A DNA stretch of 64,000 nt from Camelus ferus (lineage: Eukaryota). The position numbers and the translations under genes were made by a program. Positions 51,466 to 61,885 of the stretch are shown piece after piece. The first letter of the stretch is position 1, and each line of letters starts with the position of its first letter. Under the pieces are notes generated by a model that was given only the letters and a program-made list of their open reading frames with translations, ran no database searches and was not told the origin of the DNA. The stretch lies in assembly GCF_009834535.1 (NCBI RefSeq), contig NC_045697.1:54748001-54812000 (forward strand), written 5' to 3'.

Positions 51466-52274
51466 TTTCTGAAATATATGTCAGTTATATTTCAATTATT
51501 TTGAAAATCTTCTTATTGTAAATATAAATCTTAGTATTATATTTTATACATTAGCTGATTTTGAATGGGTTCAGTATTAACCAATTTTCTAGACATCAAA
51601 GCATCCCTGAGTGAAGCGATTTTTAATAGGGTTTTTTTTTGTATGTACAAAATTGAGGAATAAACATAACAAGACACAATTAATTTATTATTTTGTCCCC
51701 AACTTATCTGGAATGGACTATCTTGCCTTTTAAAAATTATCCATCTTAACCATACTCAGTAACCCTTGATCATCATTAATGCAAACTCATTCATGCATAG
51801 ACTGTGTCAAAATTCAGGTTTTCCCCAACTTCCACAAAACTCTGATTTTGAATAACCTGAGACCAGATTAATGAGGATTAATTGTGTGCCTTCCCTGATG
51901 TTCTTTTGACCTTTTCATATGAATGAATCACTTTAGCCTTCAGCCTTTATGACTGCCTTTTATTAGAAGTCTGCAAATATCTAGTAATGAGGTCCTTGAA
52001 ATTGAATAAAGAGTGTTTCGGGGCTCTTCTTATTGGGGGCAATTAACATCTCCCATCATTATCACCTTAATAACATTCAAATATGAGTAGACTAAAGATT
52101 TATTTTTACGTGCTTAAAAGTTGCCTATTTGACTGCTGGGCTTACTAAAAGTGGTTCATGATAACTAAGTATTTCTTCACTTGCTCCAAACAAATTTTAT
52201 ATCACAAAGTGATAACAAAACTAGCAAACAAAACAAAACACTTCATTATCATCAGGGATAATGGTTTTTTAATT

Positions 52275-52818
52275 TAAGTTTTTATTTTCTTCCATTTTTA
52301 TTGAGATATAATTGTTATACAGCACTGTATAACTTTAAGGTATACAGAATATGATCTGGTTTACATATATTGTAAAATAATTACTACAGTAAGTTTAATA
52401 AAAATTCATCATCTCATATAGATACCAAAAAGTGGTTTTTTTCCTTATAATGAGAACTCTTGGAATCTACTCTCTTAAGTTTCATATATACTAACAACAA
52501 TGTTAACTGTAGCTGTCATGTTGTATATTATATCCCTAGTACTTATTTATCTTATAATTGAAAGTTTGTATCTTTTGACCACCTTCGTCCAGTTTCCCCT
52601 CCCCCCAACCTCCCCTACCTCTGGCAAGCACAAACCTGATCTCTTTTTCTATGACTCTCTTTTCTCCTTTTTTTAAGATCCCACGTATAGTGAGATCATA
52701 CATATTTGTCTTTGTCTAACCTATTTCACTTATTATAAAGCCCTCAAGTTCCCTCCATGTTGCCACAAATGGTAGGATTTCCTCATTTTTTATCACTGAA
52801 TAATATTCAGTGATATTA

Positions 52819-52878
<60 letters not shown>

Positions 52879-53650
52879 TATACATATATACATACACCAC
52901 AGCTTCTTTATCTATTCATTCATGATGAACACCTAGGTTGTTTCCATGCCTTAGCTGTTGTAAATAATGATGCTATCTATGAACATAGGGGTACAGATAT
53001 AAGTTCAGCATAGTGTTTTCATTTCCTTCAGATATATATTCAGAAATAGAATGCTGGATTATATAGTAGTTCTATTTTTAATTTTTTGAGGAACCTTAAT
53101 ATTGTTTTCCTTAGTGGCTCCACCAATTTACAATTCTACCAAGTGATCAAGGGTTCCTTTTCCTCCACATCCTTGCCAGCATTTATCTCGTCTTTATCAG
53201 CATGTTATCGCTTGTCTTTTTGATGATAGCCATTCTAACAGGCATGCAGTGATATCTCATTGTGGTTTTTGATTTTCATTTCCCTAATGATTGGTGATGT
53301 TGAATACCTTTTCATGTACCAGTCGGTCGTTTGTATGCCATCTTTGGAAAAAGTGTCTGTTCAGGTCCTTGCCCATTTTTTAATTAGACTATTTGTACTT
53401 TTGCTACTGAGATGTGTGAGTTCTTTGTATATTTTGGATTTTAACCCCTTATCAGATATGTGGTTTGCAAATTTATTTTCCCATTCCAGAGTCTGTCTTT
53501 TCATTTTGTTAATCATTTCTGTTGCTGTGCAGAAGCTTTTTAGTTTAATGTAATCCCACTTGTCTATTTTTGATTTTGTTGCTTGTGCTTTAAGTATCAT
53601 ATACAAAAAATCATTGCCAAGACCCCTATCAAGGTGCTTTTTTCATAAGG
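52275..53650 (-). mobile_element. L1 3' region (L1MA9-like)
   Basis: ORF 53361-53606(-) KAQATKSKIDKWDYIKLKSFCTA...EWENKFANHISDKGL; typical 3'UTR. Confidence 0.92.
52818..52895. repeat. Compound (TG)n(TA)n(CA/TA)n microsatellite inside L1
   Basis: Seen directly. Confidence 0.95.
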
Positions 53651-54021
53651 GACGTGTTTTTATTTTCACTGATTTATTATTGCATGTTTCTATTTCATAT
53701 AAATCTTCTCATAATATATAGTTTTTAATGCTTTCCAATAAAGTCTAATTTTATTTTGCTACTTTACCATGTTTAAATGCTGAGTCATCATGTGTTGTTT
53801 AGTTATGTTGTGCAAAGCACACTTTTCTTTGTGCATAATCAGTACTGTGCTATTCCTTTTCTAATCTATTCATATTTAAAAATCGAGTTAATGATCATTT
53901 TTACCCATATTGATTTAGGTTAGCAAAATTTAGGCTTATTCAGAAAAGAGGATCAAAATATTTATTTTCTAGTCTCTGAGGCTGGATATCATCTTCTAAA
54001 TCAAGAACTTAAAAAATGAAT

Positions 54022-55440
54022 ATCAACTTTATTTAAGTATAATTCATACCCAATAAATTTGATCATTTCAAGTATACGGTTTGATAAGTCTTAACAAATG
54101 TAATACAGCTATGTACGTACTACTGCAGTCAAGGTTAGAATATTTCTTTCTGGAAATATCCCTCTTCTCTTTTACATTAAATCCCAGACCTTTCCAACCC
54201 CTCTCCACTCCCTATCACTATAGTTCTATAGTTCTCTGTTTTCTAGAATTTTATATAAATAGAATCATAGAGTATGTAGTCCTGTCTGGCTTTCTTCTTT
54301 AATCATAATGCTTTTGAGACCCATCCTATTATTGCATTTATCAGTAGTTTGCTCCTTTTTTTTATTGCTAAGAAATACTCTGTCATGTGGATATACCACA
54401 ATTTGCTTACCTGCTCCCTGACTGATGGATATTTGGGTTGTTTTTGGGTTTTAGCTATTGTGGTATAATGGAGAATATATAATGGTCTCTGTCCACAGTT
54501 TCTGGCACAGAGATGAAAAAATCCTGAATTTCTTATGTAACAGGAGTGTCTTTGTTATGTTAATGAGGTGATTTATACTGAAGGGGGACCCAAGATAGCA
54601 TCAGATGGGGGCCTGGTCACCAGAAGCGACTAGCACATGATCAGAGGGTTGGACCTTTCAGCTACCTAAATTTCAAGGATGGAAGGGGAGCTGGAGATTG
54701 ACTTCAGTACCATGACCAATATTTAATCAGTCATGCCAAAGTAATGATACTGTAAAAATTCTGGACATGAGATTTCATGCAGCTTTCTTATTGGTGAACA
54801 TATTGATGTGCCCAGGAAGGTGACATTCCCTGACTCCACAGGGAGAAGGCATGAAAGGCCCCCCAACCAGGACCCTCCCAGACCTTGCCATATGTATCTC
54901 TTATGTTTAGATGTTCCCGAATTGTATCCTTCATAATAAAAATGGAGCAAAGCCCTTTTCAGGAATTCTGTGAGCTATTCTTATGAATTAGAGCATCTGA
55001 AGAGGTTATGGGAACCTCTGAATTTGTAGCCAGGCTGTCTTAAGTGTGGGTAGCCCAAGATTTGCATCTGGTGTCTGAAGTGAGGGCAGTCTTATGAAGG
55101 ATTAAACCCTTAAAACTGTGGAGTCTGATTCTAACTCCAGGCATTCACTTGGGGCAGAAATGAAGTAAATATTATGAATAAAACTGCTAAATATTAGTAT
55201 ACCAGTATTTGTGAGAACATAAGTTTTTATTTCTAGGAAAGGGATTCCTAGACTTTATGGTAACTTTATAAGAAACTTCCAAACTGTTTTCCAAAATAGC
55301 TGTACTCTTTTGCATTTTATCCAGCACTGTATGAGAATTCTAGTTGCCAGCCTTTGCTATTATTCATCTTTTGGATTTTAGCTATTCACATAGGTATTTA
55401 GTGGGATCTCATTATAGTTTTAAATTTGCATTTCCCTAAT
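54022..55440 (-). mobile_element. Old L1 3' region (L1MB/MC-like) interrupted by an LTR
   Basis: 'ctagaattttatataaatagaatcatagagtatgtag', 'tggatataccacaatttg'; resumes 'tattatgaataaaactgct...ttccaaactgttttccaaaatagctgtac'. Confidence 0.85.
54459..55168 (+). mobile_element. Solo LTR, MER21-like
   Basis: 'tgtggtataatggagaatatataatggtctctgtccacagtttctggcacagag', 'gatgggggcctggtcaccagaa', 'cccagaccttgccatatgtatctctt', 'gtggagtctgattctaactccagg'. Confidence 0.88.
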
Positions 55441-56226
55441 TAAACTAAATAAAAATTTTAAATCCTCTCTAAAATGATAGTTCCATGAGCTATTTAATTT
55501 TTAATCCACTGTATTTGTAGAGACATAGATATATATTTGTGTTCTAAATTTATGGAGAATTGCTATAAAAACATCTTTTCTTCACATTTTGCATTGAAGA
55601 TGTACTTTAAGTGGAATTTCCTAGTCTAGGTTAGTTAAAAGCCTTTGGAAATTCCCTCACCTTTTTTGATTGTAAGTCCTATTAATATTCTCTATATTGT
55701 TGTGTGTTTTTTTGTTTGATTTCACATTTCTCTTTAACATTTGTGAAGTGAAAGTAGTTATGTATTGTTCTTGATTTTCTACAATTAAAAAAAAAGCATT
55801 TCTAAGCTAGTTTGGCCTAAATTAGTTGGTGAATCTGATTCACTACTCTTGGAAATCTAAAGAGAAAGCAGGGCAATTTAAATTTGCATGGATATAAGAA
55901 ACACGAAGAAAGAGTACAAATCTGCTGATAATTCCTAATTTCCTTAAAATAGTGCATTTTTATCCCTTATTATGTTTATAGAATTTTTTTCACTTTTTTA
56001 TGGACTGAAGTTAATATTAGATGGTATTTGAGAAATGATGCTGGATGGATGGTTCTGAAGGTTTGGAATTGTCCTCAAGTCATTCTGAGTGCCAGCCCCT
56101 CCCATGAGAATCAGAACAGTAGCCTGTTGTAACTGGTACAAGTAAACTGCTGTAGGATTGTGGGTCGGGGTGTGCTGGTTGGCAGAGAAATGGTAAAGGG
56201 TAGAATCATCCTAGAATTTTATATAA

Positions 56227-56313
56227 ATTAGAAATTTTAGACTATGCATGTGGAAGAAGAAGGAAGATTAGAGATTAGAAATTTTAGACTACGCATGTGG
56301 AAGAAGAAGGAAG
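56227..56313. repeat. Local tandem duplication, 2 x 40 bp (period 47, one mismatch)
   Basis: attagaaattttagacta(t/c)gcatgtggaagaagaaggaag at 56227-56266 and 56274-56313. Confidence 0.95.
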
Positions 56314-56725
56314 TTAATGATAAAAATAAAAAAGCTGATTTAGAGAAATAGTGCTAGAAATACTTAGAAGAACTGGAAAGTTCCTAGTAAAAGAAGGCTA
56401 ACCTATAATACTTAACAGGGAAAGCATGAAAAAGAACACAATCTCTCCTGAATGTTTCTCTTTGTTAGAATGGCAAAGAGAGATTCAAAACCAAGACATT
56501 CATTGGGAAACATTCAGAGAAATAATGAGCTAGGATTTGAGAGGTTGTGAAGAGTAGAGTCTTGCTGTCAAAATAGGGATAAACTTGTGGCTCAGATGGA
56601 AAGTATTTTAATTTCACAGAGACTAAATAAATGATTAATAAAAGATTTTTTAGAGATGGAAGTAGAAGAAAGGGGCAACTAAAAGTAGAACTGGCTAAGT
56701 GTGAGTGTTATTTTGTTAACTTATA

Positions 56726-56764
56726 AGGAATTTAAGTTAGGAATTTAAGTTAGTAATTTAACTG
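56726..56764. repeat. 13-bp tandem repeat, 2 perfect copies plus 1 degenerate
   Basis: aggaatttaagtt x2 then agtaatttaactg. Confidence 0.85.
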
Positions 56765-57109
56765 AATTAAAGATTTTATAAGTTACTTTTACTTAAACTT
56801 ATTTTCACTAAATAAATTTATACCCTATAACTAGCTGGCCATAGACATGATGCTGTAGTTTTAATTTTCAGGGAGGAGTGAAGTAGTAGGTAGTAAATCA
56901 GAAAGGTCACAATTCTTGACGGAGCCTCTAAAGGAGACACCAAGAAAATGTTAAAATAAGCAGTAGGCAAAGTGCCAGGTAAAACTTTTGGACACTAACT
57001 CTGGGTCTTCATTTCATCCCATTTTTGGGCATCCAACAGTGTAAGGGACATGAGGTAACAGAAAGAGGGCAGGGGAGAATTTTGAGAGGGTCCCAGTGGA
57101 TTTTGTCAT

Positions 57110-57280
57110 TACCATATGGTATGAACCTGGACAAGGCCATCACTTTTCTCATCTGTGAAAAGGTTAAAAAATAGTGTAACTAGTAAAGTTATGATGTAGA
57201 CTGGATAGATATATATATGTCATATGGACTAAGATTTATGTTAAAGTACTTGGAAAAGAGTCTAGAACACTGTTTAACAT
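57110..57280 (+). mobile_element. MIR fragment
   Basis: 'gtatgaacctggacaagg...ttttctcatctgtgaaaagg...aatagt'. Confidence 0.55.
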
Positions 57281-59231
57281 TTTTTGGATAACTTTCTTCA
57301 AATTTATTATACATATACTATGCAAATACACACATATATACATATCTAAAAAAATCTGTACATCATATGATAGATGATTTGTGAGTGCATTCAAATTCTT
57401 ACAGGCATATGTGTTTATTTATAAATAATCTACAAATCTACGAAACTTACAGATATACTTTTGGAAAACAGAAAAAAAAAAGCCAAAAATAAAATTACTG
57501 ATGTTTTCCACCTAGAGATAATAATTATTAATATATAGGAGTATGTCTCTCCAGTCTTGCCTTCTACGTATATAAATGCACAAATGTTTTGTTTTATAAA
57601 CTCCATTCGTATTAACTATTTTATTTAGAATGTATATTGTTTTATTCACTTAATATTACAAAATGAGCACTTTAGATAGCTTCTGCTGATATTTCACGAT
57701 AGAGGAACCCATTGGGTCTGTATGGGGCCAGGGAGTTGACACTTGTCTTAAGATGTTGTGAGGAGACTATTTTGATGCAAACTTAAACTACAAAAGATAC
57801 TGGGAAAATTGGTCAATCTGGGGCTTCCTGATAGGTCACTTTTTTAAACTAGAGGAAGTTTTTCAAACCAAGCTTTGAACTGATGGAACTAAACTGTATC
57901 TCAGTGTTCAGCTGTGCTGTAATTTCTTTTTGACATTTCTAAAGTTGTTGCTGCCTGTAACAGCGACAACTCCAGGAACATGAATAGGAGTACCACTAGA
58001 GAAGTGGGTTTGTTTGGCCAATGTCTCTCGAATGTCATTGGCTGGGGAAAAAAAAGAATTCAAGCAGCCTCATTGATGTTTGCTTGCCCAAGCAAAAGAA
58101 GTGTATTGTGAAATGTATGCTTCCATTCAAACTGAGTGCCTATCATGTGCAAGTTACTGTGCATCACAGGGGATCCAGAGCACAAGCCATCTTCCTGAAA
58201 AACTCACAATCTACTGTGTATGACAAAATACTGACAGATAATTATAGTGGCAGGTGATACCTTACACTTGTGTTGTTCACCAGGAAATAACATCAAAAGG
58301 AAACAAGGATTTGTGAGTGATTTTGATGGTATATTTAATATTTTTCTGGGCTTAAATAAAAAGAGAATATTGAGAACTTAAAACATTAGCTTCATTAAAA
58401 ATACTGGACAGCTTTTATTATTTTATTAAATATCCATTTTCTGTTTTATTTTAATGAATTGAGATATTTAAGTAGAAATTTTATTATAAACCAGAATCTT
58501 TACTTATGATGAGATTTTAGAGAGGTGGAAAGTGGCCAATGAACACTAATTAATGGTTAAGTTATTATAATGGCGTGAATACAAATTGTTCTGACACTTC
58601 AGAATAATTATAAAGCTGACTTGTTGCTGTACTGAGAGGCTTGGCCTAAGAATTGTTCCATCTTTGGTTCTAATTAGATTTTATTTATTTCCCATATCTT
58701 TCGAGGAGACTGAGAAACGATCACAAGAAATGGTCCATTATGCAGCTACATCAGTTGAATTTTTTAAAGACAAAGTAATTCTTGATATGGCAGAAATCCA
58801 TATGATTCCAGGCTTTCCTCAGTAAACTCATAAGCAAATGGCAGCAATCACATCTTTAAATCACTTTTTCAAATGCATCTCAGCTGTGGTTCCTACAAAC
58901 ACACGTTATACCACCAAATGTGTAATAACTTGGGAAATTATTTCCACGAGGCAGAACAGGCTCATCAAAATCCAATTCAGAAAAGTACAAAACAAAAAGA
59001 AAAAGAAAACCCACAAACTTCAATCAATGAAGAATCAAACAACAGCTTTTAGGAGAGACCAAGTACTGATTATTTTGTCACACGTACGCTATACACAAAT
59101 ATGACCAATACTCTGCATGCACTCTTTCTGGTACTTGGTTTAGAGTAGTAAATTGGCTTAGTGTCCATTGTTGCCTAATATAGTATTAACTGAAAGGCCT
59201 TCATTTAGACTCTTATTTAAAAGTAGTGGGT

Positions 59232-59426
59232 ATAGTTCCCTGTACTATACAGTAGGTCCTTGTTTATCTGTTTCATATACAGTAGTGTGAATCTAATAAC
59301 CTATAATAAATAGAAAAGCATCTGAAAAATAATAGATACATATGTATATGTATAACTGAATCACTTTGCTGTACACCTGAAACATTGTAAATCAATTATA
59401 CTTCAATTAAAAAAACATGAAAAAAA
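59232..59426. mobile_element. Short artiodactyl-type L1 3' end with inverted 5' segment (59232-59294 minus, 59295-59426 plus)
   Basis: Comparison with same-family copies in this window at 6046-6242 and 37462-37650. Confidence 0.88.
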
Positions 59427-60094
59427 TTCATTCATTTAATCCCCAAAAATCCCATTCAAATACTTCCAAAAATTGAAGTTGTATCTGAAAACCATTTGTA
59501 AGGTTCGTTCCATAAGTTTCTGAAGTCAGTAACTATTATTTTGGTCCAAACAGGGGCTGTACCAAGTAATGTCTCCCTTGACCATCCTGACAAACCATCC
59601 CAGTTAAACTGGTTGTTACTTTAGTTACTTATTTACCACCAGGGATGAGTTTCATTTTGGGAGTGAATGTAATTTTTATAAAATGTATCTTGTTTTCCAC
59701 AATCTTTTCTACAAATAAAGGAGCCATACTTGAAAAAAAAAAAAAAGAGTAATGGAAATTAACATGCTTAAGTAAAACCTTGGATTGGAGAACAATTAGA
59801 TGTAGGAAAGTCAAAATATTTAACAACCATACATATGGAGGTCAACCAATCAAAAAAGATGCTGCCTATAACCAAGGAATATAGCACTGCTGGTGCCTGC
59901 CAGCTGGATGTCAGCTGTCATTGTCTGGGGTTTGTGAGGTTTTGCCCGAGGTGGTATTTACTTTGGAGAATTAGAAGAGATTAGATTAATGGGAGGCAAA
60001 TCAAACCTCCCTTTTGCACACAGAGGAACAGCAGGATGTCAGAGGCGCTGGTGACTACATCTTTGCTTTTAAAAAGAACAGCTTGGAAACAATT

Positions 60095-61885
60095 GTATTT
60101 ATTTAGCAAACACTTATTAAATGGCTACATTGTGTTAACTACGGTGTCCATTGGTTAAACTTTTCCCAATTTTATTTAAAATAAATGGTAGAGCTTGAAT
60201 GAAATTTGAGGGTCATTTAATAAAGTCTTTTTTTTTTTAAACAAATGAGAAAACTGAAGCCTAGACTGATTAACAGATGTTTCTTAGGCATTTCCCACGG
60301 GCCGAACATTTTTTCCTAGTTGCTGAGGGTAGAGTGGTGGACATATAAAACACAAGAACCTTTCTTCCAGAGAGTGCACATTCAAGAACAGAGAGAAAGA
60401 GAATAAATGACTAAGAAAACAAGATACTTTCAGGTAGTGATAAGAGCCAAGAAGATGAGGAAATGTGGGATGGGATAGCATGACTGGCTGAGAACTGGCC
60501 ACTTTAGAGCTGATGTTTAAGGAAGTCTCCTTGAGAAGGTGACACTCAACTGTGACCTGAATGAAAAGGAGAAGCCAGGCTTACAAAGACATGAAGCAAG
60601 ACATTTTAAATAGAGGAACAAGTGTAAAGTCAGGTTTGGCATGCAAGAAACACAGCAAGAAGGCCTGTGTCTCTTGGTTTGCAGACTGGACCCTGTATGT
60701 GGAGGGCAAGGAGAGACCAAAGAGGCAGAAGTCTCTAGACTGGTAGGTGGTAGGTTTAATGAACGAGGGAACTTACATACAAGTCGTGTTGTGGGCGGCT
60801 GCATGAATAAAGAATAAATAAATAAAAAAGAAAGAAAAGGGGAGGAAAGTCTATGTAGAGACCTTAACTGGCCTTAGTTACGTATGCCCATCCAGATGGT
60901 TTCAACAACATCTTGCTCTCTCAAGACTGCATTCTTGGAACAGCTCCCACTGTGGGAATGGTGGGCAGAAGTATGTTCCAAGGACAGGAGAGGGGCATGG
61001 AACCTCTGATTGCCCTGGTCCATCTTGAGGGTCAACCAGTGGTCACGTCCTCTTGGTGACCTCCTCCAGCATTCTCTGGAGTGCAGCAAGTAACCAGGCA
61101 AAGCTGAAGAGGTGGGAGGGGCCAGATCACAGAGGGCTTTCAGGTCCTGGTGAGGAGTTCATTTTTTATTCCAAGTTCTGTGGACATATATTTAAATTTA
61201 TACTTACATTTATTGCCTATTATATATAACATGTATATGTGCACACACATAGCTTGAGAATGATAAGATCTGATGTATATCTTTGAAAGATCATTATGGC
61301 AAGAGGAGGATTGTGTGGTAGGCTATTTAAGTCACATGAAAGGTAATGACATTGTGGGCTGTGGTGGTAGATGTGGGTTTGAGAGAAGAGGATGGTTATA
61401 GGGCATATTTTGAATATCAAGGGTGAAGTAAAGAGAGCAATCAAGGTTGCCTGAGTTTTTTGATTGATTATTTAGGTTGATGGTGATGCTGGTAAATTGA
61501 GATGGATACACTGGGGAAAGAAGAGATGGATTGCAGGAGAAATCAAGAATTCTGTTTTGGACACATGAACTATGAGATGCCTGTTGGCTATCTTCAGAGA
61601 GATGTCTAGTGGCCTAGCATACTATTGGATTATGAGTCTGAACTGGAATAAGGAGGTCAGCTGCTAGAGACAGAAATTGGGAATTATCGCTAATGGTATT
61701 TGAAGGCATGGGACAAGATAAGATCTCTTAAGGAGGGAGAGCAGAGAGTAGAGGTCTGAGGGCTAAATCCTGAGGCTCTGAAGAATTTGAGCAAAGGGAA
61801 TAGCTAGGAATAAAGGCAGAGAAGTCTTTTGGAAGAAAAAAAAAAAAAAAAGCCCATGTGAGGTGATGTCTAAGAAGCCAGGAGT
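60095..61885 (-). mobile_element. L2 LINE (fragmented), interrupted by an LTR
   Basis: 'tttagcaaacacttatt', 'ttgagaaggtgacact..tgacctgaatga', 'gggccagatcacagagggc', 'aatcaagaattctgttttggacacatg..atgagatgcct'. Confidence 0.8.
60675..61071 (-). mobile_element. Laurasiatherian ERVL-type solo LTR (CarLTR1-like)
   Basis: Reverse strand starts 'tgctggaggaggtcaccaagaggacgtgaccactggttgacc' and contains 'gtaagttccctcgttcattaaacc'; flanks gtctct / ttctct; L2 continues on both sides. Confidence 0.75.

Noticed and set aside
56227..56764. CRISPR-like repeats
   Set aside because: Only two or three adjacent copies with no unique spacers, in a eukaryotic context with no cas genes.
59637..59708. Kringle-like 'HPW' motif
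   Set aside because: The kringle cysteine pattern and NYCRNPD motif are absent.
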